Part shown: one piece after another, positions 9,766 through 21,017 of the stretch
Numbering within the stretch: position 1 is the stretch's first letter
Layout: each line of letters begins with the position of its first letter
Made by a program: the position numbers and the translations under genes
Notes under the pieces: generated by a model
Told to the model about the DNA's origin: nothing
Databases searched by the model: none
Seen by the model: only the letters and a program-made list of their open reading frames with translations
Assembly (NCBI GenBank): GCA_965140415.1
Contig: OZ223209.1
Location: 3,584,001-3,648,000 of the forward strand
From: Myxococcota bacterium
Lineage (GTDB): Bacteria > Myxococcota_A > SURF-8
Direction of reading: 5' to 3'
Length of the DNA stretch: 64,000 nucleotides

Positions 9766-10245
9766 CGATCCTCCTACTAAAAAAACATACATCTCGAATC
9801 GCCACAGGATTGATTGCTAGAGACTCTCGCTTCAGGCTGGCAAGTATAATTATGGGAGCATTCCCTTACGTTGAGATAAACCAATTCAACCGGGCCGGCA
9901 AAGCACGACTAAACCCGCTCCTGAATAAAAGCTTAAGACAACGTCATCATACTTGGATTTCTTCTTCGATGCACCAGAGACACTCTTGAGTTCGGATCAT
10001 AGGTCAAGTTGATTTGCTTGTCAATTATGACCGGCATTTTTTATTACTAACAGGTTATGTGATTTTTTCTTCTGCATTCAGGCAAATTGGCAGAACAGAA
10101 CCAGTCCTTAAAATAAGAGTCACATTCAGATTGCAACCACGGGAAACACCAGGAATATTCACCAATGAAAATTAGAGGAATCCTTCCTTGAAGAAACGCT
10201 ATGAATCTATGAAATTATAGTGCGACAACAGAAAAGCGCCGCATA

Positions 10246-10279
10246 GAGAAAGGGGAACTCGAAAGCTCCCCTTGTTCTC
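10246..10279 (-). terminator. Probable intrinsic terminator downstream of the DUF2961 gene
   Basis: GAGAA-AGGGGA...TCCCCT-TG-TTCTC hairpin 27 nt beyond the stop at 10306. Confidence 0.6.
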
Positions 10280-10305
10280 ACTTCCTACGAATGTAGTTCA
10301 ACCGC

Positions 10306-13300
10306 TTAGTCTTGGTTAACATCCTCGAAGTAGATTACGTCGATACCGATATCATAACTACTTGAAGCGGCGTTTTTCCCTTCTGTCTGGAAAACGATGT
10401 AAAGATCTCTCGGCTCACCGAAGGAGTCGAATGGCCTAAGGTGTCGATCCCCCATGATGACGCGCTCTCCCAGTTGCATCGTACCGGCAGGCAGCGCTTC
10501 GTATGCATCGTAGACTTCACCCAAACTTCTCGAATCGACGATCATCTGCCATTGGGCCATCGAAGGTCCATGCAGAGGCACCACACTAATACGGTAATCG
10601 CCCTCATATTCCAGCACACCGGCATCCAGCTTCAGCACAAGACGTTGTACTTCATCGGCACCATCGAAGAACAGGATAGCGTTATTGGATGCACCGGTAA
10701 AAGGTTGCTCTTCTCCACGATCCTGCCAGGTTTCATTCGGATCGTAATAATCCTCAGCTTCTATAGGCATCGCCGGAATCCCGGTAAGTACTCCCAGGGA
10801 CTCGGAGCATACGCCCTGTGCACCGGTACAATCTTCCGCTTTGATTCGATAATAGTACTGAGTCTGCGGCAAGGAAGTCTCATCACAGAAGTCCGTAGTC
10901 GAGGTCTGCCCGATGTGGCTGTTCTCATCGCATTCGAACAATTGTGCCGTACTACGATAGATGTGATAGATCGATGGTGGTGGTCCACCGGATGGCGGAG
11001 CCCAGGATAAACATGCCGTCGGACCGATCAGGGTGTAATCGATACTCGTAACCATGCCCGGACCTTCGGTTTGCGAAGAAATCGGCAAATGCGAATATAC
11101 CCAGAACTGATAGGCGTTCCATTCGTCGCCGCCTGCCCATTGGAAGCGAACTTCAATTGAGGATTTGCCCTCGGTATATTCGGCAGGAATATCGAACAGG
11201 CTGTCACGCCAGCGCTGGCTTTCATTGCGAACCGGATTGTACCAGTATCCGACCGGTTCATCATCCACGAAAACCAGGGCTTCCTGTCGGCCATATTTCT
11301 GATCCAGCCGTCGAATCAAACGCACACCCACATTGGATGAATCGATAGCAAAGGTCATGACCATCTGACCACGCTGATCACCAACACCGATAATGCCTCG
11401 TCCCGAGTCGATCACTTCCGTGTCGTCGTTTTCACCCTCATACACACTGCGCGTGTTGGTATGCGGAGAAGTCTCCAAATCGGATGCGAAATAATGGTCG
11501 TTCTCATCCGGCGCGTCCATCACATCCAGGCTATCGGAGAAAGTCAGTCCTTCCAGACAGGACATGTAATAATAGGCTACCGCACGATAGTTGGCATTCA
11601 CGGTATTTTCACCACCGTGTTCAAACCCCAACTGAATTGATTTCTCGAATGGGATGGCATCGCCCGGCATCAAGCGCCTTGCCGTAAACTGCCACGTGGG
11701 ATTGTCGTTTTTCCAAATAGAAAACAGCGGATTGTCGTACACGCCGGTCTGCCAACGATTGTTGCCGTTAAAGAAAGCATCGGTGCCGGTTCCGTAAATG
11801 ACCGGACTGTTCATGCCATCGATTACAATGCGCTCATCACCTTCAAGGAATTCCTTGGTGTAAACGACATCACTTTCCATTGCCAAACTCAAGCCAACGA
11901 CATGTCCCTTGCCGGAAGTATCCAGCGCGTAAAAATCGTTGCCACTGGTGGTCGGAGTTTTTTCAGAATAACTGGCATAGAAATGTCCAACGGTACGCGG
12001 GTAATTGTTTTCACCCAGTTCCAAGCTGATCTTGAATTGATCGATGGTAAGAGAAGATTCGTTTTTGACCTTAATGACAAAGCTGTCCCAATAAGGCATC
12101 GGGAAGTAACTGTACCACTCACCCGAGGTGCTCATTCCTACCAGCAAACTGCTGAAATCGATCTGACCGAAACCTGAGCCGAAGAAAAGACCGATCGGCA
12201 CATTGACATCGGGAGTGGATTTCCCCTCCCAGAAAATCTGCAAATAGGTGTTATCCAGAATTTCGGTTTCAGCAGGAGAAATATCGATTTTCAGTGCGTT
12301 AATCACGCCGGAGTCATGCACTTCCGGAAAAACGGTGCGGGTCTCATCCGGAGAGATGGAAACCGGAGACGGGCTGGGGTGATCGTTGCCTTCGGTCGGC
12401 TTGGGATCTTCACCGACATGATTGGTATAGAAATCGGCGGTGTCCGTCATATCCATATCCCAGCTAAACGGCTCAACCGCATCTGAAGCCGGAACGCTGT
12501 GATAGGTAAAGTTGTATCCCTGCGCCGTTCCTGAAAGTGTAACTTTTAACCCTTCTTCGTAGCAGATCGGAACGTAGGAGTAATAGCTCTCGCTTTTCTG
12601 ACCGACCAGTGGGCTTAGGAAGGGAGCGGTAGCTCCGCCGAACAAGTCATTGACGGTTTCGTTAATTCGCGGTGTATCCTCACCATCGAAATAGAAACGG
12701 AGCTTGTAGCCGTTGATCATGGCGGGCATCCCCAACCAGATGCGGTACAGGCAACCTGGCTGGCGGGTTTCCATTAGAACCTGTTCCGCTCCATCGATGT
12801 AGAGATTCGTGTACGAACGATCCTGATTGCCGCCGGAAGGATCTCGGCTGGAAAACTGCCTTGCCACGGTCATCGGTCGGAAATAAGGCAAATCCTGGAT
12901 GTCGATCAACCAGCTTGCGCCAGCAGGAGGAACGTCGGAGACATCGCCATCAGCAGTATCACCATCAATGACCTGATCTCCATCGGTCTGATCGACTTCC
13001 AGATCACCATCGACTATTAAATCTCCATCAATCTGATCTCCATCCGCATCACCATCTCCATCAACGTCTCCATCGCTGTCGCCATCGGGAAGATCGCCAT
13101 CCATGTCCCCATCGACATCGTCTTCATCACCATCTACATCACCGTCCGGATCTCCGTTGAGATCTCCATCAGTACCACCGGAACAACGATGAAGACTCTG
13201 ATCGCACAAGCTCGGAGCGGGACAATCGGAATTGTCCATGCAGCATCCTTCTTCCAAACAGACGCACTGCCCGCCGGAGCAGGTCAATCCCGTTTCACAA

Positions 13301-13422
13301 TTGCATCCGTCACCATCGGTGCTGTCTCCATCGACAGTCTCGTCCGATCCACAGCCGAAACTGCTCAGCACGAGAAACATTGCGCAGAAAAAGATGATAT
13401 TGCTCGTAAACCACTTCGTCAT
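10306..13422 (-). CDS. Lipoprotein with a DGD-repeat linker, DUF2961 (GH172-like) domain, FN3-like domain and a C-terminal CBM-like beta-sandwich
   Basis: Lipobox SFGC; SSRDPSGGNQD, PGCLYRIW, LRFYFDGE, PIGLFFGSG, YFPMPY, GKGHVVG, FLEGDE...GTGT; FN3-like LSW...YHIYRS...YYYRIKA. Confidence 0.8.
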   Translation of the reverse strand: MTKWFTSNIIFFCAMFLVLSSFGCGSDETVDGDSTDGDGCNCETGLTCSGGQCVCLEEGCCMDNSDCPAPSLCDQSLHRCSGGTDGDLNGDPDGDVDGDEDDVDGDMDGDLPDGDSDGDVDGDGDADGDQIDGDLIVDGDLEVDQTDGDQVIDGDTADGDVSDVPPAGASWLIDIQDLPYFRPMTVARQFSSRDPSGGNQDRSYTNLYIDGAEQVLMETRQPGCLYRIWLGMPAMINGYKLRFYFDGEDTPRINETVNDLFGGATAPFLSPLVGQKSESYYSYVPICYEEGLKVTLSGTAQGYNFTYHSVPASDAVEPFSWDMDMTDTADFYTNHVGEDPKPTEGNDHPSPSPVSISPDETRTVFPEVHDSGVINALKIDISPAETEILDNTYLQIFWEGKSTPDVNVPIGLFFGSGFGQIDFSSLLVGMSTSGEWYSYFPMPYWDSFVIKVKNESSLTIDQFKISLELGENNYPRTVGHFYASYSEKTPTTSGNDFYALDTSGKGHVVGLSLAMESDVVYTKEFLEGDERIVIDGMNSPVIYGTGTDAFFNGNNRWQTGVYDNPLFSIWKNDNPTWQFTARRLMPGDAIPFEKSIQLGFEHGGENTVNANYRAVAYYYMSCLEGLTFSDSLDVMDAPDENDHYFASDLETSPHTNTRSVYEGENDDTEVIDSGRGIIGVGDQRGQMVMTFAIDSSNVGVRLIRRLDQKYGRQEALVFVDDEPVGYWYNPVRNESQRWRDSLFDIPAEYTEGKSSIEVRFQWAGGDEWNAYQFWVYSHLPISSQTEGPGMVTSIDYTLIGPTACLSWAPPSGGPPPSIYHIYRSTAQLFECDENSHIGQTSTTDFCDETSLPQTQYYYRIKAEDCTGAQGVCSESLGVLTGIPAMPIEAEDYYDPNETWQDRGEEQPFTGASNNAILFFDGADEVQRLVLKLDAGVLEYEGDYRISVVPLHGPSMAQWQMIVDSRSLGEVYDAYEALPAGTMQLGERVIMGDRHLRPFDSFGEPRDLYIVFQTEGKNAASSSYDIGIDVIYFEDVNQD
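12943..13170 (-). repeat. Coding low-complexity repeat: 14 Asp-Gly-Asp units
   Basis: DGDLNGDPDGDVDGDEDDVDGDMDGDLPDGDSDGDVDGDGDADGDQIDGDLIVDGDLEVDQTDGDQVIDGDTADGD; the codons vary between units. Confidence 0.9.
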
Positions 13423-14049
13423 TCCATATCCCTTTCAGCTATCCATCCTGATGCCGCAACCGTAACCGGCAGGGTTGGTCTTACCCATAGGCGAGTATCT
13501 TTATATTGTAATTAGACGAGACGATTTGCGCAACAGTTTTAAGCAGTTTCGATCCATTTGGTTTTTGTTAACACTTTCACCAATGAAATAAGCAATCAGA
13601 ACAAATGCTTAATTGGGATGACGTGCAATAACTTAGCATTGTTCGGCATACATCTCTTCGACATTTAAACTTGAAGCGCTTTTTGTCTCGACACGCGCTT
13701 GAACTCCAGCTATGATTCTTTACAGATAGACAATCGTCGAGTTTGCATCGGGGCGTGAAGACAGACAAATACCTTGCGGTTCTGTCTTTAAATTTAAACC
13801 ATTGCCGACATGGGGGGCGATGAAATGCGCTGGTGTGGTTCGTTGTATAATATTCAACATTTCCACAATATTCGGTCGCTACAGGAAACATGTTGGGAGC
13901 GATAAAACACAGGCGGCAAACCGAATCGTGAAATCTTGAAATAGAACTGTGCCATTTTCTCTCTTTTCTCGTAGCCGAGAGAGTAATCGCCCTGCTAAAC
14001 GAGCGAAAGATCACCTTCACAAGTCATGATTGGACAAGGAGGATGTTTA

Positions 14050-15393
14050 ATGGATTATTTCAATGAATTGGGTGAGATAGCCTCCCAAAACAACCGAATT
14101 GAAAACAAGTTTTACCATCTTTATAAGGTCAAGCGTGGTCTGCGCAATGCAGATGGTTCCGGTGTATTGGTCGGACTGACCACCGTATCCAAGGTTCTAG
14201 GTTTTGAAAAGATCGATGAAGAAATCATTCCGATCGATGGTCAGTTGGTTTACCGGGGATACAGTGTCTACGACATTGTTAAGCACTTTTCTCAGAACAA
14301 TCAATTCGGCTTCGATGCCGTCACGTATCTTCTTTTATTTGGAAAATTTCCAACAAAAGAAGAGTTGGCCATTTTTAGCGAAACCTTGGGCAAAATGCGA
14401 GTTCTACCTAAGAATTTCGCTCGCGATGTATTGCAGACGTTCCGTACACCGGACATCATGAACGCCCTGTCCAGATCCGTTTTGACTTTGTATGGCAGCG
14501 ATGAAAAAGCGGACGATCTCTCCGGTCCGAATCAGATTCGGCAGGCCATGGAGTTGATTGCAAAAATCAATTCACTGGTGCCGTATGCCTATTATTCCAT
14601 TCAGCACGGCTTTTTCGATAAAAGCCTGATCATTCATAAAACAGATCCTACGCTGTCAGCAGCACAGAACTTCCTGCATCTGATTCGCCCAACCAGCGAA
14701 TATTCCGACTTGGAAGCGAAAACACTTGATATTGCACTGATATTGCATGCCGAGCATGGCGGTGGTAACAACTCGACTTTTACCACCAGGGTCGTATCTT
14801 CCACCAATACGGATTTCTATTCTGCAATTGCCGCCGGTCTTGGCTCGTTACGTGGGCCGCTACATGGTGGAGCAAACGTACGCGTCGCCAACATGATGGA
14901 AGATTTGAAACGAAACGTTAAAAACCCTCATTCCGGAACGGAATTACACGACTACCTGTTAAGCATGTTGCAAGGCAAAGTCTTCGACGGAGCGGGAAAA
15001 ATCTATGGTGTCGGCCATGCCGTCTATACCCAAAGTGATCCTCGCGCCGAGATTTTAAGAAAGTATGCAGAACGGCTGGCCAAAGAAAAAGGTCGCGAAG
15101 AAGAATTCGATGTCTACAGGCAGGTCGAAAAACTAGCACCGGATGTTTTACGAGAGCACAAGAACAATCCCGACATGTTCGTCAGTTCCAATGTCGACTT
15201 CTATTCCGGTTTCGTCTATGACTGCCTCGGTATCCCCAAAGAAGTCTATACTCCGCTGTTCGCAGTAGCCCGCGTAGTCGGCTGGTGTGCTCATCGAGTG
15301 GAACTGATGACCAACCCTGGCAAGATCATGCGACCTGCCTACAAAGCCTTGGGGAAAGGCCGGGATCTGTCGGAAACAACCGAAGAAGAATAA
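14050..15393 (+). CDS. gltA: Citrate synthase
   Basis: ATG 14050 after AGGAGG; HAEHGGGNNSTF, GPLHGGAN, GVGHAVY...DPR, NVDFYSG. Confidence 0.95.
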   Translation: MDYFNELGEIASQNNRIENKFYHLYKVKRGLRNADGSGVLVGLTTVSKVLGFEKIDEEIIPIDGQLVYRGYSVYDIVKHFSQNNQFGFDAVTYLLLFGKFPTKEELAIFSETLGKMRVLPKNFARDVLQTFRTPDIMNALSRSVLTLYGSDEKADDLSGPNQIRQAMELIAKINSLVPYAYYSIQHGFFDKSLIIHKTDPTLSAAQNFLHLIRPTSEYSDLEAKTLDIALILHAEHGGGNNSTFTTRVVSSTNTDFYSAIAAGLGSLRGPLHGGANVRVANMMEDLKRNVKNPHSGTELHDYLLSMLQGKVFDGAGKIYGVGHAVYTQSDPRAEILRKYAERLAKEKGREEEFDVYRQVEKLAPDVLREHKNNPDMFVSSNVDFYSGFVYDCLGIPKEVYTPLFAVARVVGWCAHRVELMTNPGKIMRPAYKALGKGRDLSETTEEE

Positions 15394-15422
15394 TATTTTG
15401 CCACCGATAAAGGAGTTTGGTT

Positions 15423-18143
15423 ATGCCGCAAACGTCGTTTGCCGACTCGTTTCACTCTCGTTCGACGTTGGATCTGGAAACAGGGAGCATCACCTATTTC
15501 CGTCTTCCTAAGCTGGAAGAGGACGGGCTGTTACAACTCTCCCGCCTGCCCTATTCCTGGCGTGTACTGCTTGAATTTCTTCTGCGCGGCGAAGACGGTT
15601 ATGTGGTGACAAAAGACGATGTCATGCGGCTCATCAATCAAGATCCTGCGTCTCCCGTCCGCAGTGAAATCGCGTTTAAGCCCTCCCGCGTGGTGTTACA
15701 GGATTTCACCGGTGTTCCCGCAGTAGTGGACCTGGCGGCATTGCGCTCGGCCATGCAACGACTTGGTGGCGACCCGCAGAAAATCAATCCGGAGATTCCG
15801 GTTGATCTGGTGATCGATCACAGCGTTCAAGTGGATGTCTTCGGCTCGACAGTGGCGCTACAACAGAATTCAGAAAAAGAATTCGAACGCAACAGGGAAC
15901 GCTACAGTTTCTTACGCTGGGGTCAAAATGCCTTCCAAAACCTGAGTGTCGTTCCACCCGCAAGCGGCATCGTACATCAAGTAAATTTGGAATACCTTGC
16001 CCGCGTAGTCCAAACGCGCAAGCAAAAAGGCGAAACCTTGATGTTCCCGGATTCACTGGTCGGCACCGACTCTCATACAACGATGATCAACGGACTGGGC
16101 GTATTAGGCTGGGGTGTTGGAGGCATCGAGGCGGAAGCGGTCATGCTGGGCCAACCGCTCTACCTTCTGATCCCGGAAGTAGTGGGAGTCAAACTGTCAG
16201 GGCGACTATCGGAAGGAGTTACCGCAACCGATCTGGTTTTGACCATTACCCAGATGCTGCGCGAAAAAGGCGTTGTGGAAAAATTCGTGGAGTTTTTCGG
16301 TCCCGGATTATCCGGAATGAGCCTGCCGGATCGGGCAACCATCGCAAACATGGCCCCCGAATACGGAGCGACCGTCGGATATTTTCCGGTAGACAAAGAA
16401 ACGCTGGATTATCTCCGTCGCACAGGCCGCCCGGAATCGCTGATCAAACAAGTGGAACAGTACATGCGCGCCCAGCAACTGTTCCGCACAGACGACAGCC
16501 CGGACCCGGTTTACGCGGATACACTGGAATTGGATCTCTCGACAGTCAAAAGCAGTCTGGCTGGACCCAAGCGTCCACAAGATCGAATTGAACTTGAAAA
16601 TGTCCATATTTCATTCCAAGAAGATCTGGACAAACCCTTGACAAGCCGTGGCTTCGGTTTGTCTGAAAATAGCCACAACCAAACCGCCAAAATTCAGCAT
16701 GCGGATGGGCAACAAGAAACGCTCGGCCATGGCTCGGTTGTAATTGCAGCGATTACAAGTTGCACCAACACCAGCAATCCATCGGTCATGCTCGCTGCGG
16801 GTCTACTGGCAAAAAAGGCGGTCGAGGCCGGTCTACAGGTGCCCCGCTACGTTAAGACCAGCTTGGCTCCGGGTTCACGTGTCGTCACCGATTATCTGGA
16901 TCGAGCGGGACTGACGCCCTATTTGGAGAAACTGGGTTTCTACACCGTCGGTTATGGATGCACCACCTGCATCGGCAATAGCGGTCCTTTGCCGGAAAAC
17001 GTTGCACAAGCCATTCAGGAAAACGACCTGATCGTTTCCGGAGTGCTCTCGGGCAATCGTAATTTCGAAGGCCGCATCAATCCATTGGTCAAAGCGAATT
17101 ATCTGGCTTCACCGCCATTGGTCGTCGCCTATGCGATTGCAGGAACGGTGAATCTGGATATCACAACGCAATCACTGGGAAAAACGATCAGTGGCGACGA
17201 TGTGTTCCTGAAAGACATCTGGCCGTCCAACGAGGAAATTCAGGCGCTGCTCAATAAGGCGTCAGATCCTGCCAGTCACAAAAAGCTGTATGAGGGTATC
17301 GAATCCAGTAACGCCGCATGGAATGACATTCCGGTTACGGAAGAGGCGGTTTACGAGTGGGACGAAAACAGCAGCTATATCCAAGAACCACCCTTTTTCA
17401 TGACGATCGGAGACGAAATCAAGCCGATTGAACCCATTCGGAAAGCACGCGCACTCGTTAAGGTCGGTCATTCCGTGACCACCGACCACATTAGTCCGGC
17501 AGGCGCGATTCCACTTGATAGCCCCACGGCAGAATATCTAAAAGCCAAGGGCATCAAACCTGTGGATTTCAATACCTACGGTTCACGGCGCGGAAACGAT
17601 CGCGTGATGACGCGCGGCACATTCGGCAACATTCGATTGAAAAACGAACTGGCTCCCGGCACTGAAGGCGGTTGGACCACCTACTTCCCGACCGACGAGC
17701 AGATGTCCATTTACGAGGCCGCCGAGAAATACAAACAGAGTGAAACCCCGACCGTCGTCATTGCAGGAAAAGACTACGGCATGGGCTCTAGTCGCGATTG
17801 GGCAGCCAAAGGCACCTACCTGCTTGGAGTGAAAGCCGTGATTGCAGAATCGTTCGAACGCATCCACCGTAGCAATCTTGTGGGAATGGGTGTACTGCCG
17901 CTACAGTTCAAAGCCGGGGAAACTGCGGAGTCACTGGGCATCACCGGAAGCGAAACCTTCCACATCGAAATCGACGACACACTGAAACCGGGACAACAGG
18001 TAACCGTAAAAGCCCGCTCGGCGGATGGTTGCACGATCACATTCCAAGCGCTGTGCCGAATCGACACACCGATTGAGACCGACTATTACCGCAACGGAGG
18101 CATCCTGCATACGGTACTACGAAACTTCCTGAAGCAATCGTAA
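15423..18143 (+). CDS. acnA: Aconitate hydratase A
   Basis: [61 protein letters not shown]. Confidence 0.98.
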   Translation: MPQTSFADSFHSRSTLDLETGSITYFRLPKLEEDGLLQLSRLPYSWRVLLEFLLRGEDGYVVTKDDVMRLINQDPASPVRSEIAFKPSRVVLQDFTGVPAVVDLAALRSAMQRLGGDPQKINPEIPVDLVIDHSVQVDVFGSTVALQQNSEKEFERNRERYSFLRWGQNAFQNLSVVPPASGIVHQVNLEYLARVVQTRKQKGETLMFPDSLVGTDSHTTMINGLGVLGWGVGGIEAEAVMLGQPLYLLIPEVVGVKLSGRLSEGVTATDLVLTITQMLREKGVVEKFVEFFGPGLSGMSLPDRATIANMAPEYGATVGYFPVDKETLDYLRRTGRPESLIKQVEQYMRAQQLFRTDDSPDPVYADTLELDLSTVKSSLAGPKRPQDRIELENVHISFQEDLDKPLTSRGFGLSENSHNQTAKIQHADGQQETLGHGSVVIAAITSCTNTSNPSVMLAAGLLAKKAVEAGLQVPRYVKTSLAPGSRVVTDYLDRAGLTPYLEKLGFYTVGYGCTTCIGNSGPLPENVAQAIQENDLIVSGVLSGNRNFEGRINPLVKANYLASPPLVVAYAIAGTVNLDITTQSLGKTISGDDVFLKDIWPSNEEIQALLNKASDPASHKKLYEGIESSNAAWNDIPVTEEAVYEWDENSSYIQEPPFFMTIGDEIKPIEPIRKARALVKVGHSVTTDHISPAGAIPLDSPTAEYLKAKGIKPVDFNTYGSRRGNDRVMTRGTFGNIRLKNELAPGTEGGWTTYFPTDEQMSIYEAAEKYKQSETPTVVIAGKDYGMGSSRDWAAKGTYLLGVKAVIAESFERIHRSNLVGMGVLPLQFKAGETAESLGITGSETFHIEIDDTLKPGQQVTVKARSADGCTITFQALCRIDTPIETDYYRNGGILHTVLRNFLKQS

Positions 18144-18172
18144 GCACCAAATCACATTTTGAGACACCACAA

Positions 18173-18203
18173 GAAAACGGAGCCCATTAGCGGCTCCGTT
18201 TTC
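18173..18203. terminator. Bidirectional terminator between acnA and lpdA
   Basis: GAAAACGGAGCC-N7-GGCTCCGTTTTC. Confidence 0.9.
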
Positions 18204-18222
18204 ATTGGATGCAGTGATTCCA

Positions 18223-19620
18223 TTACCCGTGTATTGCTCGTTTATCAACGGCCAGCGCCGCTTCCTTCAACACTTCCGCCAACGTCGGATGGGCATGCGT
18301 CGTGCGGGCGATATCTTCCGTACTGGCGCTGAATTCCAAACCGAGCACGGCTTCGTGGATCAACTCGGAAGCATGCGGTCCGAGAATGTGAACACCCAAG
18401 ACTTTGTCGGTCTTCGCATCGGACACCACTTTCGTCAGGCCATCCGTTTCTGCCATGGTTTTGGCTCGGCCATTCGATTTGAAAAAGAATTTGCCGACTT
18501 TCACTTCATGACCTTTTTCCTTGGCCTCTTCTTCCGTCAGGCCGACCTGCGCCAGTTCCGGATGAGTGTACACCACGTTCGGAATGGTTCCGTAATTGAC
18601 ATGCCCCGCCTTTCCGGCGATCAACTCGACGACGGCAACACCTTCCTCACTGGCTTTATGCGCCAGCATTGGACCGACGACCACATCACCGATGGCGTAA
18701 ATGCCGGGGGTACTTGTCATATACTGTTCGTTCACCGGAATACGCCCGCGCTCGTCCCGTTGGATACCCACGCTTTCCAAGCCCAGGCCATCCGTAAATG
18801 GGCGTCGTCCCACAGCGACGAGTAGCTTGTCACCGCTGATTTCACTCTCCTTGTCCTTGGCGTCTTTCAGCGTTACCGTCACGCCCTCTTCGCTAACGGA
18901 AGCTTTCGTGACTTGCGTTTTCAAACGGATATCCAACCCCTGCTGCTTCAAGCTGCGTTGCAGCATTTGCGACAATTGCTTGTCGGCAAACGGAACCAGC
19001 ATCGGCATCATTTCAACAACGGTAACTTCCGCTCCCAATCGCCGCCACACAGAACCAAGCTCCAGCCCGATAGCACCACCACCGATGACAATCAAATGCT
19101 TGGGTACACGATCCAGCGAAAGCGCCTCGGTAGAGGAAATCACGGTTTCGCCATCGAAAGGAATATGCGGCAGTTCGACCGGAGCGCTGCCGGTGGCGAT
19201 CAGAATCGAATCCGCCTGCAACTCGACCGGTTTATCACCACCTTCAACCAGGACATTCTGACCACCAGTCAGTTTGGCCGTACCGTAAAAAACAGATACT
19301 TTGTTCTTTTTCAGCAGCAGTCCGATGCCTCCGGTCAGATCGCGCACGATTCCGGATTTTCGTTCCTGCATGGTCGCCACATCAATTTCCGGTGCTCCGG
19401 CATGAATGCCATGCTCGGACAGGCCGTCTTTCATGTGTGAAAACAGTTCGCTCGACTCCAACAGCGCTTTACTTGGAATGCAGCCCACGCGCAAGCAAGT
19501 ACCACCCAATACGGGCTCTTTTTCCACGATGGCCGCATTCAGCCCCAACTGTGCAGCGCGAATGGCTGCAACATATCCACCAGGCCCCGCTCCGATAATC
19601 ACCAGATCGAACTTCTCCAT
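18223..19620 (-). CDS. lpdA: Dihydrolipoyl dehydrogenase (E3)
   Basis: GAGPGG, GGTCLRVGCIPSK, GGGAIG, HAHPTLAE. Confidence 0.98.
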   Translation of the reverse strand: MEKFDLVIIGAGPGGYVAAIRAAQLGLNAAIVEKEPVLGGTCLRVGCIPSKALLESSELFSHMKDGLSEHGIHAGAPEIDVATMQERKSGIVRDLTGGIGLLLKKNKVSVFYGTAKLTGGQNVLVEGGDKPVELQADSILIATGSAPVELPHIPFDGETVISSTEALSLDRVPKHLIVIGGGAIGLELGSVWRRLGAEVTVVEMMPMLVPFADKQLSQMLQRSLKQQGLDIRLKTQVTKASVSEEGVTVTLKDAKDKESEISGDKLLVAVGRRPFTDGLGLESVGIQRDERGRIPVNEQYMTSTPGIYAIGDVVVGPMLAHKASEEGVAVVELIAGKAGHVNYGTIPNVVYTHPELAQVGLTEEEAKEKGHEVKVGKFFFKSNGRAKTMAETDGLTKVVSDAKTDKVLGVHILGPHASELIHEAVLGLEFSASTEDIARTTHAHPTLAEVLKEAALAVDKRAIHG

Positions 19621-19623
19621 TCT

Positions 19624-20976
19624 CTACACCTCCAGCATCATTCGTTCCGGGTTTTCCATGCACTCGACCACGCGCTTCAAGAAGGTCACGGCATCCTTTC
19701 CATCGACGATACGGTGATCGTAACTCAATGCAACGTACATCATGGGGCGGATCACGATCTGGTCGTCCACCACCACCGGACGTTTTTTTATACCATGCAG
19801 CCCTAAAATGCCACTTTGCGGTGGATTTAAAATCGGGGTGGACAACAACGAGCCGTAAACGCCACCATTGGAAATCGTGAATACACCGCCCGTCAGATCT
19901 TCAATGGACAACGTCCGATCCTTGGCTTTCTTCGCTAACTCCGCGATTCCACTCTCGATCCCGGCAAAGGACAAGCGGTCGCAATCGCGCAGAACCGGCA
20001 CGATCAAGCCCTTTTCCGTGCCGACTGCCACCCCGACATCGTAAAAATGATTCTGCACGATCTCTTCGCCATCGATCTGCGCATTCAACGACGGAACGGT
20101 CTGCAAGGCATCCACCACCGCCTTGACGAAGAACGACATGAAACCCAATCGTACTCCATGTTGCTTTTCGAAGTAGTCTTTAAAACGGCTGCGCATGGCC
20201 ATTACGTTGGTCATATCCAACTCGTTGAAAGTCGTCAAGATCGCGGCGGTATGCTGCGCTTCAACCAACCTCTCGGCTATGCGGGAGCGCAAACGGGACA
20301 TCTTCTTGCGCGTCTGCCGAGGTTGCCCTGACGGATGCGACTCCGAAACAACCGCCTTTGGCGATGCCATAGGACTGGGTTTGGCAGGCGCGACTTCCGC
20401 CGGTTTCGTAGCAGAAGCAGATGCTTGCTGGACAATCTCGGAAGAGGATTCACGCTGATCCAGATACGCCTGAACATCCTGCTTGGTCAGTCTTCCATCT
20501 TTTCCGCTGCCTTGAATATCACCGGCCTGCAAACGATGTTCCTGCAACATCCGCCTCACTGCCGGACTGAGCGTCTCCAGGTTCGGATCCTGCTCCAGTT
20601 TGTCACGAAGTTGCGGCATACCCGCAGGCGGACTTAGTGGCGGCGGCTCTTTCTCTTGAATGGGCACGGAGTCCGATTCCTTTGTGGAAGAAGAAGAAGC
20701 CGAAACCACCGTTTCCTCAGCCGTCGTTTTGGCAGCCTCCGCACTCGTATCCAATTGGCCCACCACCTGACCGATGCTCACAAGTTCTCCCTCTGGAACC
20801 AGGATATGAAGACGACCATCCTGCTGAGCGACTACTTCCATCGTGATCTTATCGGTTTCCAACTCGTACAGAGCTTCGTCCTCGCCAACCTGCGCGCCTT
20901 CGCTTTGCAACCATTTGACGAGCGTTCCTTCTGTGATCGACTCTCCGACTTCTGGCACCACAATATCCACCAACAT
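19624..20976 (-). CDS. sucB: 2-oxoglutarate dehydrogenase E2 (dihydrolipoyllysine succinyltransferase)
   Basis: Lipoyl motif ETDK, E3-binding SPAVRR...GSGKDGRLTK, GGVYGSLLSTPILNPPQS, YDHRIVDG. Confidence 0.97.
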   Translation of the reverse strand: MLVDIVVPEVGESITEGTLVKWLQSEGAQVGEDEALYELETDKITMEVVAQQDGRLHILVPEGELVSIGQVVGQLDTSAEAAKTTAEETVVSASSSSTKESDSVPIQEKEPPPLSPPAGMPQLRDKLEQDPNLETLSPAVRRMLQEHRLQAGDIQGSGKDGRLTKQDVQAYLDQRESSSEIVQQASASATKPAEVAPAKPSPMASPKAVVSESHPSGQPRQTRKKMSRLRSRIAERLVEAQHTAAILTTFNELDMTNVMAMRSRFKDYFEKQHGVRLGFMSFFVKAVVDALQTVPSLNAQIDGEEIVQNHFYDVGVAVGTEKGLIVPVLRDCDRLSFAGIESGIAELAKKAKDRTLSIEDLTGGVFTISNGGVYGSLLSTPILNPPQSGILGLHGIKKRPVVVDDQIVIRPMMYVALSYDHRIVDGKDAVTFLKRVVECMENPERMMLEV

Positions 20977-21017
20977 GGTAACGACTCTCCTTTGCTATGA
21001 GTAGCATTTTGCGTTCC

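Noticed and set aside
12943-13170. Periodic DNA repeats as a CRISPR array or VNTR
   Set aside because: They are short degenerate units of variable length within a coding frame, encoding DGD, and no cas genes are present.
13911-13945. GGCAAACC as a possible c-di-GMP-I riboswitch
   Set aside because: It lacks the GAAA-capped stem and the following GG.CGCAAAG segment.
13577-14020. 147-aa minus-strand ORF and short hairpins upstream of gltA
   Set aside because: No RBS or recognisable motif; it lies in a divergent promoter region, and the stems are short enough to be chance.
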